64,000 bases of DNA from a candidate division Kazan bacterium (GCA_003647645.1 QMNG01000001.1:7938-71937), one strand, 5' to 3'. Positions 23,546 through 35,962 are shown, counted from the first letter of the stretch. Translations and numbers: made by a program. The notes: generated by a model not told the origin, from the letters alone.

Positions 23546-26452
23546 ATGTTTTTTAATGGTTTCAACTTGATAATCGTAGGCGGGTTGGTAGTCGGTTGGC
23601 TGCTTTTATTTTATTTGATATTTATTTGGATTCGCAGGGCTGGGGAAACCAAGTCGCTCGAAGAGCCGGGCGATTCCAAGCAGGGTGAGGCCATTAGTAA
23701 GGTGCTAGACACTAAACCAGCCAAACCAGCTGCCAGAGCGTTCGATGAGGGTGTGTTGCTGGGCTTGGAGGTGCCGAAAGATAGCGAAACAACTCCACTG
23801 GCTGCCGAGCTGTTGTTTTCGAGTTTGCATGGCATCTTTAAGCCGGAGTTAGACAAAAAGCGGAGAGGCGTTCAGGAGCGAATTGGTTTTGAGATCCAAG
23901 CCAAGGAAAAATCAATCCGGTTCTATGCTTGGGTACCGCGCCACTTACAGGGTTATGTTGAGGGTCAGATTTATGCCCAGTATCCGGGCGTGAATATTCT
24001 GGAAGTGAAAAACTACACCAAAAATGCCCAGGAGTTGTTGAAGAATTCTCATGTGGCTTCCGCAGAGTTGATTCTCACCCGCGAAGACCTGTTTCCAATT
24101 AAAAGCTTCGATAGTTTCGATGTTGACCCTTTGGCTGCGATTACAGCAACTCTGAGCAAGTTGCAGGGTGATGAACAGGTGTGGATTCAGATATTAGTAC
24201 GGCCGGAGGATAATCGTTGGCGGGAGCGGGCAATCAGCTATATTTCAGCAGTGCGTTCCGGCAGACAGGCTTTCGGCGCAGCACTAATTAAGGGTTTGGC
24301 TGGGTTGGCTTCGGATGTAGTCAAAACTGCCATGAGCGGCGAAGTGCCGGTAAACGAGGACAAAAAGGCAGAGTTGGCGCCAGGGGTTGAAGATGCCTTA
24401 AAAAAAATCGAAGAAAAAAGCTCTAAACTTGGATTCCAGACCAAAATTCGAATTATAGCCTTTGCTGAGAGCGGCATCGCTGCCCAGCAAAAGGTTGATT
24501 TGGTAGTGGGTTCGTTTAAGCAGTTTAACACCACTAATCTGAACGGATTTAAGGCGGCCATTGCCAAGCCGTCCGCGGTGCCAACACAGATTGTTAATGA
24601 ATATGTAGCGCGCGAGTTTCCTGCTGTCAAAAGCCCGGTATTGAATGTCACCGAACTGGCCAGTATTTACCACTTGCCGAACAAGTCTGTGGTTACTCCC
24701 AATATTGAGTGGGCAGGTTCTAAAAAGGGAGAGCCACCCGCCAATTTACCGTTGGCTGATGAGGTGGACGCCAGCATTCTAACCAATTTGGGCGTGACCG
24801 ATTTTCGCGGCAACAAAGAAAAGTTTGGAATTAAAATGAAAGACAGATACCGACATATCTATATTATCGGCAAGAGCGGTGTTGGAAAATCTGTCTTACT
24901 GGAAAATATGACGCTGGACGATGTCCGGGAGCGCCGCGGCGTGGGAGTGGTGGATCCGCATGGCGAATATGTGGATTATGTTTTGGACAGGATTCCCTCA
25001 TATCGGGTTAACGATGTGATTCTGTTTGACTTGGGAGACAGGGAATATCCGATCGGATTCAATGTTTTAGAAGTAAGCAACGACAACCAAAAGCCGATCG
25101 TAGCTTCGGGTGTAGTAGGAGTGTTCAAGAAAATTTTTGGCGACTCTTGGGGTCCACGATTGGAGTATTGGTTGAGTTCGGCCATCTTAGCACTATTGGA
25201 TTATCCTAATGCTACTTTAATGATGGTTCCGCGGCTTTACACGGACAAAGCCTTTCGCAGTGAGGTATTGGAGTATGTTAAGGATCCGGTGATCAAGGCT
25301 CGATGGATTAACGAATTCAACAGATTAGATCAACGGCAGGTAAATGAAACCATTAGTCCGATTTTAAATAAGGTTGGACAGTTTTTGTCTTCGTCAATTA
25401 TCAGAAATATTGTTGGTCAGCCCAAAAGCGCCATCAACATGCGGGCAGCGATGGATGAGGGCAAGATTCTGCTAATTAAACTGACCAAGGGTGCCATTGG
25501 CGAAGATAATATGGCGTTGATCGGCTCTTTGATCATTACCCAAATCCAGCTGGCGGCAATGTCCAGGTCCGATATAAAGGATCCGGAAAAAAGACGGCCC
25601 TTCTTTTTGTATGTCGATGAGTTCCAAAATTTTGCCACCGATTCGTTCGCTACGATCTTGTCTGAGGCCAGAAAGTATAAGTTGAGCCTAGCGATGGCTA
25701 ATCAGTTTATGGCGCAGTTATCTGATACAGTCAGAGACGCGATTCTGGGAAATGTGGGGACGCTGCTGTCATTCAGGGTTGGCGGAACGGATGCAGCGGT
25801 CTTGGTGAAGGAGTTCGCGCCGGTCTTTGATGAACAGGATTTAGTAAATTTGGATTTGTATAAAATTTATCTGAAGCTCTCAATAGATGGCTTAACTGCC
25901 AACGCCTTTTCGGCTACAACTTTGCCGCCAACTACAGAAACTACCAACAACCGTGAAAAAATTATTCGGCTTTCGCGCGAAAGGTATGCCAAAAAAGCAT
26001 CATTTGTGGAGAGTAAAATATCCAAATTTAATATAGCTTTAGAGGGTGCGCCGCCGTCTGCTGCCCCTTACAGGGATATAAGTCGATCAGGCAGGACCAT
26101 TAGCAGGGCACCAGCAAGAGGCGGGCAGAGAACGCCGACCGGATCGGTACCGGTTGACGCCGAAAGAAGAGATGGTAAACCCAAGCGCAGCGGCGGGGCT
26201 GGCAGCATTTTAAGGAATTTAATTTCTCGGATCGAACGGAAACGTGAAAAGCCCTTTGATGAAGAACAGCGCAGCGATGTAGCTAAAACACTGATAGACG
26301 ACCTAAAAGATGAGGGTGGCAGCATCAAGGAAGCCCTGGAAAAGGCCAAGCAGCGCAAGGCGGAAGAGCAACGCCAATTAAACGAGCTGAAGCCCGACCA
26401 AATTATTGATATTGAACCGCCAGACGATGCAGAGGACGAAGAGGATCGGTAA
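23546..26452 (+). CDS. Membrane-anchored TraD/VirD4-like (coupling-protein-like) P-loop ATPase, paralog 1
   Basis: N-terminal TM; Walker A IIGKSGVGKS; DPHGEY; Walker B-like FFLYVDEFQNF; SEARKYKLSL; paralogous to 36402..38831; Lys/Arg/Glu-rich disordered tail. Confidence 0.6.
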   Translation: MFFNGFNLIIVGGLVVGWLLLFYLIFIWIRRAGETKSLEEPGDSKQGEAISKVLDTKPAKPAARAFDEGVLLGLEVPKDSETTPLAAELLFSSLHGIFKPELDKKRRGVQERIGFEIQAKEKSIRFYAWVPRHLQGYVEGQIYAQYPGVNILEVKNYTKNAQELLKNSHVASAELILTREDLFPIKSFDSFDVDPLAAITATLSKLQGDEQVWIQILVRPEDNRWRERAISYISAVRSGRQAFGAALIKGLAGLASDVVKTAMSGEVPVNEDKKAELAPGVEDALKKIEEKSSKLGFQTKIRIIAFAESGIAAQQKVDLVVGSFKQFNTTNLNGFKAAIAKPSAVPTQIVNEYVAREFPAVKSPVLNVTELASIYHLPNKSVVTPNIEWAGSKKGEPPANLPLADEVDASILTNLGVTDFRGNKEKFGIKMKDRYRHIYIIGKSGVGKSVLLENMTLDDVRERRGVGVVDPHGEYVDYVLDRIPSYRVNDVILFDLGDREYPIGFNVLEVSNDNQKPIVASGVVGVFKKIFGDSWGPRLEYWLSSAILALLDYPNATLMMVPRLYTDKAFRSEVLEYVKDPVIKARWINEFNRLDQRQVNETISPILNKVGQFLSSSIIRNIVGQPKSAINMRAAMDEGKILLIKLTKGAIGEDNMALIGSLIITQIQLAAMSRSDIKDPEKRRPFFLYVDEFQNFATDSFATILSEARKYKLSLAMANQFMAQLSDTVRDAILGNVGTLLSFRVGGTDAAVLVKEFAPVFDEQDLVNLDLYKIYLKLSIDGLTANAFSATTLPPTTETTNNREKIIRLSRERYAKKASFVESKISKFNIALEGAPPSAAPYRDISRSGRTISRAPARGGQRTPTGSVPVDAERRDGKPKRSGGAGSILRNLISRIERKREKPFDEEQRSDVAKTLIDDLKDEGGSIKEALEKAKQRKAEEQRQLNELKPDQIIDIEPPDDAEDEEDR

Positions 26453-28435
<1,983 letters not shown>

Positions 28436-28450
28436 TATATTTTTGGCAGT

Positions 28451-28670
28451 TTTTGCTTGCCCGCCTGTAGCCTTGGTATAGGAGGGTCCAAAACGGTTTT
28501 CCTTCGGCACTTTTTTAAAAAAGTGCCCAAAAATTCTCCGCGTTCACTCTCGCTGTTAGCGTAAAAGAAATTTTTCTTCTTGCTTATCACTGAACTCGCT
28601 ACGCTCAAACAGCAGGCATGCTAGAATAAAAAATTTCTTTAGCTAAAGACGCTCGAGTTCAATGCTCGAT
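28451..28670. repeat. Copy B of the ~225-nt structured intergenic element
   Basis: Same conserved blocks as 1641-1867; hairpin ggcactttttt/aaaaaagtgcc 28506-28527; helix 28557-28573:28631-28645. Confidence 0.6.
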
Positions 28671-28745
28671 TTCAATTGTTGACTCCGCCAAATAGAAGTG
28701 ATTTTGCTATCGGCTTACACAATTGCCTCGATGTGCCCCAAAAAT

Positions 28746-28771
28746 CTATCGGCCCATCTATGGGCCGATAG
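28746..28771 (-). terminator. Strong hairpin with T-run on the minus strand
   Basis: 11-bp stem ctatcggccca/tgggccgatag, loop tcta; minus strand continues atttttgggg. Confidence 0.55.
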
Positions 28772-28798
28772 AATCCGATCCCTATCTGAGCATCAGCG

Positions 28799-28839
28799 GT
28801 CTATTTTGTCTATTCGTCCATAAGTCCATTCGTCTATAT
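28799..28839. repeat. Five tandem GTCYAT units at 8-9 nt spacing (iteron-like)
   Basis: gtctatttt gtctattc gtccataa gtccattc gtctatat between two minus-strand terminator hairpins. Confidence 0.6.
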
Positions 28840-28846
28840 AAGAAAA

Positions 28847-28876
28847 CCGCCCATAGGGAATAGAGCCCTAGGGCGG
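28847..28876 (-). terminator. Terminator of the purC-like gene
   Basis: ccgccc-a-taggg-aatagag-cccta-gggcgg; minus strand continues ttttcttat; ~55 nt after the stop. Confidence 0.6.
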
Positions 28877-28930
28877 CAAAGATGATAGGTTCATCTCGTC
28901 ACCTTGAAGGTGCGAATTAATAATTGGATG

Positions 28931-29815
28931 TTAGACATCCAATTTTCGAGCGAGCTTGGCCACGAGCGCGTATTTGATACGAACTTTGTCTAGCTCATCT
29001 CCATTGCGGAAGGACTGTTTGCTGACATCCTCCCATCCACCGCCCTTGGTTGGAAAGTGAAGCCGCCAACTGTCCGGATCGATGACATCAGCAACCACTA
29101 GTCTGCCGTCCGGCGCGATGCCAAACTCGATCTTAAGATCGATAAGCCGAAGTCTTAATCGGCCCCAGGCATTTTCAAGGGTCAAAAACACCCGCCGGAC
29201 GATGTCGTCCATATTCTGAACGGTTTCAAAGACCATCATGTTGGGTATGACAGCGCTGGCTGCAATATTTCCCAACTCGCGGTTCTCGTCCCAAACTGGG
29301 AGCTTGGGATGAATAAGTTGCCAGTTGGAACCGAATGGATTGGCGATTAGTGGATCATCCTGCTCGGGAGTAAGACCGCCGATCAGAGCTTGGCCTTTCT
29401 CATTTATGAGCCTACCCCTGATGGTCTTTAGAAAAAATTCTACGAGCAGATGAGAACATCTTGTCCCTTCAATGACATCAAGATGTCGTTTGAGATAGCT
29501 GCCAACAAGATACCGACGAGCCACAATTTCCAGTGGGATCATCTGGCATTTTAGTGCTAAAAACTCATTGGCCGACAGCTGTTTGATGAAGGCGGTAGGA
29601 ATGCCTACTCGGTTGAGTAGGTCAAAAACACGGCAGTTAATGGTGTTGGAGTCAGCGCCTTTGCCGATGAATTCGCGGGTAAGCTTCGGATCGTTGTGGG
29701 CAGTGATAGTATCTTTATATACACATATCACTCTATCGTCCTGTCCTTTGACGGCAAACACCCTTTTGGTTTTACCCTCAGCAAGCAATTTTCCAACTTC
29801 GATCTTCACATCCAT
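28931..29815 (-). CDS. purC: SAICAR synthetase family protein
   Basis: EGKTKRVF, KDTITAHND, IPLEIVARRYLVGSYLKR, LIDLKIEFG, DPDSWRL and KQSFR align with PurC blocks; carries an internal insertion. Confidence 0.75.
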   Translation of the reverse strand: MDVKIEVGKLLAEGKTKRVFAVKGQDDRVICVYKDTITAHNDPKLTREFIGKGADSNTINCRVFDLLNRVGIPTAFIKQLSANEFLALKCQMIPLEIVARRYLVGSYLKRHLDVIEGTRCSHLLVEFFLKTIRGRLINEKGQALIGGLTPEQDDPLIANPFGSNWQLIHPKLPVWDENRELGNIAASAVIPNMMVFETVQNMDDIVRRVFLTLENAWGRLRLRLIDLKIEFGIAPDGRLVVADVIDPDSWRLHFPTKGGGWEDVSKQSFRNGDELDKVRIKYALVAKLARKLDV

Positions 29816-29988
29816 GAAATTCCTCCCTATAATATCTGATTGTCAAAAACACAGAGGGGCTGGTTGCCCCCATTGGCTGATAGTCTATTCTTATCAGAAA
29901 ACACGCCCTAAATCAAATAAAAACTTGGCTAGAAGGCAATTTCTTTATTGCCTAACTGTGCAATTATAAGGTAGTATATAGCCGTAAA

Positions 29989-31275
29989 ATGAGTAGTAAA
30001 TTTATTATCGAAGGGGGACAGACCCTGAGAGGTGAGGTTCAGATTAGTGGTTCGAAAAACGCAGCCTTGCCGATTTTAGCATCCACATTATTGACTACTG
30101 AACCAGTGACGATCTCGAATATTCCCGCAATTCAGGATGTCAAAGTATTGGGAGAAATTATTGAAAGTTTGGGGGGCAAGGTAGAGTGGCTCTCAGATAC
30201 TCAAGTTCGGGTGGATAATAGCGGAGTTGATGGACGCGAGCCGGATTACAAAAAAATTAAAAAACTTCGGGCATCAATTTTAATTTTGGGGCCGCTGCTG
30301 GCTCGACTGGGCAGGGTAAGAACCTCCCAACCGGGGGGCTGTTATATTGGTCCCCGGCCAATTGATGTGCACTTAGATGGATTGAAAGCGCTGGGAGCAA
30401 TCATTACCCCGGATGGCGAATTTTATGATATTAGAGCTGATGACGGGTTGGTCGGCACCAAAATTGTGCTTAATGAAATGAGTGTAACGGGCACCAGTAA
30501 TATTTTGATGGCGGCGGTGCTGGCCAAAGGCAAAACTGAAATTAGACTGGCAGCGGCCGAGCCGGAAAATAATAATCTGGCAGAATCTTTGGTGAAGATG
30601 GGGGCCAAAATCAGTGGAATTGGCACTCATACGCTGACGATTGAAGGAGTGGATAATTTACACAGCGCAAAGCTGGAAATAATTCCCGATCGGCTTGAAG
30701 CCGGAACTTTCGCCATTGCGGCGGCTTTAACTCATGGGGAAGTAACAATTAAGGGCTATGTGAGAGACCACTTGGATCTTTTTACCAACAAGTTGCTGGA
30801 AACAGGCGTACGGATGAACTTTATATCCGATGATACGGTTCAGATTCTAAAAACCAGCGGGCTTAGGGCTGTAGATATAAAAACACAGACATATCCGGGT
30901 TTTCCGACAGATCTTCAGGCGCCATTTGGAACTTTACTAACTCAAGCAGTTGGTACCAGCAAGATATATGAAACAATGTACGATGGCAGGTTAAATTATT
31001 TCAAGGAGCTAGCCAAGATGGGCGCAACAGCCAACATTTTAGATCCGCATCGGGCAGTAGTTTCCGGCCCCACGGTTTTGTATGGGAAAGAAATAGAGAG
31101 CTTGGATATTCGGGCAGGAGCGACATTAATTTTGGCGGCGCTGGCAGCTAACGGGAAAAGCATTATTGATAAAGTTGAGTTGATAGACAGAGGATATGTT
31201 CAAATTGAAAAGAAATTGCAGAAACTGGGCGCTAAAATTGAACGAGTAGAGGAGAAGGAGTCGGTTGCCGCATGA
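29989..31275 (+). CDS. murA: UDP-N-acetylglucosamine 1-carboxyvinyltransferase
   Basis: GSKNAALPIL, KLRASILILGPLLAR, GGCYIGPRPID (catalytic Cys loop), YPGFPTDLQA. Confidence 0.95.
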   Translation: MSSKFIIEGGQTLRGEVQISGSKNAALPILASTLLTTEPVTISNIPAIQDVKVLGEIIESLGGKVEWLSDTQVRVDNSGVDGREPDYKKIKKLRASILILGPLLARLGRVRTSQPGGCYIGPRPIDVHLDGLKALGAIITPDGEFYDIRADDGLVGTKIVLNEMSVTGTSNILMAAVLAKGKTEIRLAAAEPENNNLAESLVKMGAKISGIGTHTLTIEGVDNLHSAKLEIIPDRLEAGTFAIAAALTHGEVTIKGYVRDHLDLFTNKLLETGVRMNFISDDTVQILKTSGLRAVDIKTQTYPGFPTDLQAPFGTLLTQAVGTSKIYETMYDGRLNYFKELAKMGATANILDPHRAVVSGPTVLYGKEIESLDIRAGATLILAALAANGKSIIDKVELIDRGYVQIEKKLQKLGAKIERVEEKESVAA

Positions 31276-32171
31276 CAGTCGCTACATTGGGTATCCAAAA
31301 GGAAATTAAACTGGCGGATCGTTGCCGATTTGGTGTTGGCGGCCCGGCTGATTTTTTTGTGGAGGTAACTGCGGCTGAGGATATAAAAGCGGCAATCATG
31401 TACGCTCTGGATCATAATCTAGACTATTTTATCTATGGAGAAGGTAGCAATTTATTTTTTGATGACAAGGGTTTTCGGGGGCTGGTCATTAGAATATCAG
31501 GGGGCAAATTTGAGGTTAGCAGCGGAGGTGTGGTAAGGGTTGATGCAGGGTATTCACTACCGAAATTGGTTCGTGATCTAGCTGAAAAGGGCTGGGGCGG
31601 TCTGGAATTTTTGGGTAATATTCCGGGAAGCATTGGCGGAGCGGTAGTCGGCAATGCCGGATGTTATGGTAAGGCAATTAAGGATGTGCTGATAGACGCA
31701 CAAGTTTATTCAGTGAAACAAAACAAAATTGAAGAATGGAAACCAAAGGATTTTGAATTTGATTACAGGCATTCAAAAATAAAATATGATCCAGATAAAA
31801 TTATATTGAGTGTTAACTTAAAAGCTGTTAAGCGATCGCCGAGTGAAATTGTTCGGGAGATTGAGCAGGAACTAAATGAACGCAAAAGCAAACATCCCCA
31901 CACAGCTAAATGTGCCGGTAGCTTCTTCAAAAATCCAAAGGAGATGGCAGCTTGGAAAGCGATTACCGATGCAGGGATGGCAGACGCTAATGTTGGTGGT
32001 GCTGCAATTTCACCAAAACATGCGAATTTTTTGGTGAATAGTGGCGGGGCTACAAGCGAGGATATTTTGAAATTGGCTCGGATGATTCAGAAAGAGGTTA
32101 GCAGTAAGCTCGGCATTCAATTAGAGCCGGAAGTAAGATACGTGGGCGAATTTAGTGTTAGGGGAATATAG
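31272..32171 (+). CDS. murB: UDP-N-acetylenolpyruvoylglucosamine reductase
   Basis: FGVGGPADFF, GEGSNLFF, IPGSIGGAVVGNAGCYG, GSFFKNP; ATGA overlap with the murA stop. Confidence 0.9.
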   Translation: MTVATLGIQKEIKLADRCRFGVGGPADFFVEVTAAEDIKAAIMYALDHNLDYFIYGEGSNLFFDDKGFRGLVIRISGGKFEVSSGGVVRVDAGYSLPKLVRDLAEKGWGGLEFLGNIPGSIGGAVVGNAGCYGKAIKDVLIDAQVYSVKQNKIEEWKPKDFEFDYRHSKIKYDPDKIILSVNLKAVKRSPSEIVREIEQELNERKSKHPHTAKCAGSFFKNPKEMAAWKAITDAGMADANVGGAAISPKHANFLVNSGGATSEDILKLARMIQKEVSSKLGIQLEPEVRYVGEFSVRGI

Positions 32172-32221
32172 CCACTGCTTTTGCTGGAAATGCTGTACGT
32201 AACGCTGTGGATAGGCAAGTA

Positions 32222-32245
32222 GCCGGTGAAACTCCGGCATTTTTC
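32222..32245 (+). terminator. Rho-independent terminator after murB
   Basis: gccgg-tgaaact-ccggc followed by attttt. Confidence 0.6.
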
Positions 32246-32321
32246 TTATCTGATAACCTGTTTTCCGATATAATGACTCTGTAATCTAAAGGGAAGTTCT
32301 AAATCCTAAATCATAAAAACA

Positions 32322-32624
32322 ATGGCGGTAGATAAATTGCCAAAAGCACAGGTCGAATGGGTGGCCAAGTTAGCCTATATTGAGCTGTCGGAGTCGGAGA
32401 AAATAAAATATGCCGGAGAACTCTCGGCAATTTTGGGATACGTTAGCGAGTTGCAGACAGTAGATACCGGCAAGGTAGGCGAGGTAATGCAGATTACCGG
32501 TCTTAAGAATGTGGTTGAAGCAGATGAAATCGGCAAATGCGGAATTGTTCGCAATGAGTTTTTAAAGCGGGCTCCGCAAAATGAGAAAGGTTATATCAAG
32601 GTAAAAAGTGTGTTTCAAAGATAA
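32322..32624 (+). CDS. gatC: Asp/Glu-tRNA amidotransferase subunit C
   Basis: 100 aa; VAKLAYIELSESE...L..ILGYV..L..VD pattern typical of GatC; precedes gatA. Confidence 0.85.
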   Translation: MAVDKLPKAQVEWVAKLAYIELSESEKIKYAGELSAILGYVSELQTVDTGKVGEVMQITGLKNVVEADEIGKCGIVRNEFLKRAPQNEKGYIKVKSVFQR

Positions 32625-32651
32625 TGAAGAATTAAGAATGAAGAATGCCAA

Positions 32652-34115
32652 ATGAGGATTGAAGAGGCAGAACAATTGGGAATCGAGAAGGCAGTAGCAG
32701 AATCACTTAAGACAATCAAGGAAAAAAGTGATCTTAATACTGTTTTGTCTGTGGTGGACGAACCCGTAATTTTCAAAGATAACTCTTCGACCCGCCTTCG
32801 CCCAAGGCTTCGGAACGGGCAGGCAGGCTCGGGGAATAAATTGAGTGTTCCATATATCTGTAAGGATAACATTGTGACATTGGGCACAAAAACCACAGCG
32901 GCTTCAAAGATCTTGGAAAATTTTGAATCGCCCTACGAAGCCACCGTTATCAAAAAATTGAAAGCAGCCGGGGCAGTGATGATTGCTAAGGCCAATTTAG
33001 ACGAATTTGCGCTCGGTGCCAGCACGGAGAATTCAGCTTTTGGCGCTACTAAAAATCCTTGGGACAAAACTAGGGTACCCGGAGGCAGTTCTGGCGGCAG
33101 TACGGCGGCAGTAGCCGCTGGTATGGCCCCGTTTGCTCTGGGCAGCGACACAGGCGGCTCTATTCGCCAGCCGTCAGCCTTTTGCGGGGTAGTTGGGCTG
33201 ATGCCAACCTATGGGCGGGTCAGCCGATATGGCTTGATCGCGGCAGCCAGCTCGCTGGACAGAATTGGGCCGATTGCCAATTCTGTGAAAGATGTGGCGC
33301 GGGTTTTACAGATAATTGCGGGCAGGGATAAGCATGATTCTACAACTGTGGATAAGCCGGTGCCGAATTATGCGGCTGTCTTGAATAGCGGTATTAAAGG
33401 AATAAAGATCGGTGTCCCCAAAGAGTTTTTTGGCGAGGGTGTAGATAAGCAAGTTGCCGAAAAAGTTAATCAGGCAGTAGCCAAATTAAAGGAACTCGGC
33501 GCCAAAGTAGTGGATATTAGTTTGCCGCATTCAAGGTATGCACTGGCTACCTACTATATCATCCAACCAGCTGAAGTTTCGGCCAATTTGGCCAGATACG
33601 ACGGAGCGCGATATGGTTTCTCGACGACTGAGGACGCGAATGTCGGAGATTTGCGCGAGATGTATAGAACTACAAGAGCCAAGGGTTTTGGCGATGAAGT
33701 TAAACGGCGGATTATGCTGGGCACTTATGCTCTTTCGGCTGGCTTCCGCGATGCTTATTATGAAAAAGCTCAAAGAGTGCGCACATTAATTAAACAAGAT
33801 TTTGATAAAGCGTTTGAAAAGGTAGATGTGATTATTTCACCGACTACGCCTACAATAGCGTTTAAAATCGGCGAACGGGCAGATAATCCGCTAGAGATGT
33901 ATAAAGCTGATCTATTGACCTGCCCGGCGAGCTTAGCAGGGATTCCAGCCATCTCGATACCATGCGGGTTGGTGGATAAGATGCCGGTGGGCTTGCAAAT
34001 TATGGGCAGGCAGTTTGATGAGGAGACCGTTTTAAAAGTGGCACATACATACGAACAAAGTGTGGATTGGTCTCAGACCCATGAGGGTCACCAACCCGGA
34101 GGGAGGAAAGAGTGA
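32652..34115 (+). CDS. gatA: Asp/Glu-tRNA amidotransferase subunit A
   Basis: Amidase signature [14 protein letters not shown]...[31 protein letters not shown]. Confidence 0.93.
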   Translation: MRIEEAEQLGIEKAVAESLKTIKEKSDLNTVLSVVDEPVIFKDNSSTRLRPRLRNGQAGSGNKLSVPYICKDNIVTLGTKTTAASKILENFESPYEATVIKKLKAAGAVMIAKANLDEFALGASTENSAFGATKNPWDKTRVPGGSSGGSTAAVAAGMAPFALGSDTGGSIRQPSAFCGVVGLMPTYGRVSRYGLIAAASSLDRIGPIANSVKDVARVLQIIAGRDKHDSTTVDKPVPNYAAVLNSGIKGIKIGVPKEFFGEGVDKQVAEKVNQAVAKLKELGAKVVDISLPHSRYALATYYIIQPAEVSANLARYDGARYGFSTTEDANVGDLREMYRTTRAKGFGDEVKRRIMLGTYALSAGFRDAYYEKAQRVRTLIKQDFDKAFEKVDVIISPTTPTIAFKIGERADNPLEMYKADLLTCPASLAGIPAISIPCGLVDKMPVGLQIMGRQFDEETVLKVAHTYEQSVDWSQTHEGHQPGGRKE

Positions 34116-34528
34116 TTTATTGGCTGATAGGTATTTTAGTTGTGGCAGCTCTGGCTCTTTGGTTTGTTACCAAAGGAATTGGACGCAAGCATGCGCTGGA
34201 TAAATCTGTCAAACAGAAAGTGGCAGAGGCCTGGGATATTATTGAACAGATTATGCAGGAGGATAATGAATCGGCCCATGCACGGGCCGTTGTGGATGCG
34301 GATAAATTATTAGATTTTGTACTGAAAAAAAAGAATATTCCCGGCGAAACTATGGGTGACAGGTTAAAAAACGGAAGCAATTATTTTAAAGATGTTGATT
34401 CGGTGTGGCGAGCCCACAAGGTTCGCAACCAAATTGCCCATGAAATAAATATGAAAATTACCCGCACACAGGCCAAGCAGACATTAGATTTATTTAAAAA
34501 AAGTTTAAGAGATCTGGGAGCGCTCTAG
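34112..34528 (+). CDS. Membrane-anchored HEPN-like (RNxxxH) protein inserted between gatA and gatB
   Basis: 138 aa; GTGA overlap with the gatA stop; N-terminal [20 protein letters not shown]; [13 protein letters not shown] is an R-x4-H motif ~30 residues from the C-terminus. Confidence 0.5.
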   Translation: MIYWLIGILVVAALALWFVTKGIGRKHALDKSVKQKVAEAWDIIEQIMQEDNESAHARAVVDADKLLDFVLKKKNIPGETMGDRLKNGSNYFKDVDSVWRAHKVRNQIAHEINMKITRTQAKQTLDLFKKSLRDLGAL

Positions 34529-34579
34529 GCAACTTCGTTGCAGTTATCAATAATCAATTTTCAATTAGCAATTAAAAGT

Positions 34580-35962
34580 ATGACAACGAAACTTAAGACA
34601 ACTTATGAAACAGTGATCGGCTTGGAAATCCATGTGCAATTGGACACAAAAACCAAGATGTTTTGCCGATGTGATAACGATTCGGATAATGCCGAGCCCA
34701 ATACTAATGTCTGTCCAGTATGTATGGGCTACCCTGGTGTATTGCCGGTGATTAATAATCAGGCCATCGAGTGGGGGATTAAGACGGCTCTAGCACTAGG
34801 TTGCGAAATTAATCCTATGCAGAGGTTTGATAGAAAAAATTATTTCTATCCTGATCTGCCGAAGGGTTATCAAATCTCCCAATTTTTTTATCCGGTAGGG
34901 GAGAATGGTGTTGTGGAAGTGGATTATTTGGCCCAAGACAGGAAAACCAAAAAAGAATTTAAACTGGGTATTACTCGTTTACATTTAGAGGAAGACGCTG
35001 GCAAGTTGGTGCACGCCAAGGGTGCTACATTGGTCGATTTAAATCGCTGTGGTACACCATTGGCAGAGATAGTAACCGAGCCGGATATTAAATCCCCCGA
35101 AGAAGCTAGGGCATTTTTGCAAGAGTTGCAGCGAATCGTGCGAACGATTGGCGTCTCCAAAGCGGATATGGAAAAAGGCCATTTGCGGGTTGACGCTAAT
35201 GTTTCCGTGCGGCCCAAAGGACAAAAAGAATTTGGAACCAAAGTTGAGGTTAAGAACATTAATTCATTTAAGTTTGTAGAAAAAGCTCTTAAGTATGAAG
35301 TTGGGCGGCAGATTGAGGTGCTCGAAAACGGGGGTACAATAGATCAAGAAACCCGGGGTTGGGATGAAAAAAATAACCAGACAATCCCCCAGCGGGGCAA
35401 AGAGGGTGACATCGATTATCGCTATTTTCCTGAGCCAGATTTGCCGCCGATCTATGTGAGCGAAGAGCAAATTAAAAATATTCAGAAAAATATGGAGGAT
35501 ATGCCCTCACTTCTGCGCAGGAAAGCCGAGGAATTTGGTTTGCCCTATGATAGGATTTCGGAATTGCAGGACATAGCAACATTGGAATATAACCCTTTGG
35601 TTGGATATGTAAAATTAATGGGGAGCAATCCCGGTTTAGACCCAGTCAAGGTTGTAAATATGTTAATTAAAATTCTGGCATTGGGGCGGAAAGAGGACGC
35701 CGGAATAAAAATAACCGATGACATGTGGCAAAAAGCCCTGGAAATTGTCGTGTCAAAAAAAGATTCGTTTACAGCTAAGGATAGTGATATTGAAGTCGTT
35801 GCCAAGAGTATATTAGAGTTGGAGAAGGAAGTTGTTGAGCGGTATAAGAAGGGGGAAGAAAAGCTATTCGGCTACCTAGTGGGGCAGGTGATGGCAAAAA
35901 TGAAAGGAACTGCAGAACCAGCTCTGGTACAGCAAATTTTAAAGAAATTATTGACAAAATAA
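34580..35962 (+). CDS. gatB: Asp/Glu-tRNA amidotransferase subunit B
   Basis: YETVIGLEIHVQL, KMFCRC, NTNVCPVCMGYPGVLP, TRLHLEEDAGK; ATG 34580 preferred over track start 34538. Confidence 0.93.
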   Translation: MTTKLKTTYETVIGLEIHVQLDTKTKMFCRCDNDSDNAEPNTNVCPVCMGYPGVLPVINNQAIEWGIKTALALGCEINPMQRFDRKNYFYPDLPKGYQISQFFYPVGENGVVEVDYLAQDRKTKKEFKLGITRLHLEEDAGKLVHAKGATLVDLNRCGTPLAEIVTEPDIKSPEEARAFLQELQRIVRTIGVSKADMEKGHLRVDANVSVRPKGQKEFGTKVEVKNINSFKFVEKALKYEVGRQIEVLENGGTIDQETRGWDEKNNQTIPQRGKEGDIDYRYFPEPDLPPIYVSEEQIKNIQKNMEDMPSLLRRKAEEFGLPYDRISELQDIATLEYNPLVGYVKLMGSNPGLDPVKVVNMLIKILALGRKEDAGIKITDDMWQKALEIVVSKKDSFTAKDSDIEVVAKSILELEKEVVERYKKGEEKLFGYLVGQVMAKMKGTAEPALVQQILKKLLTK

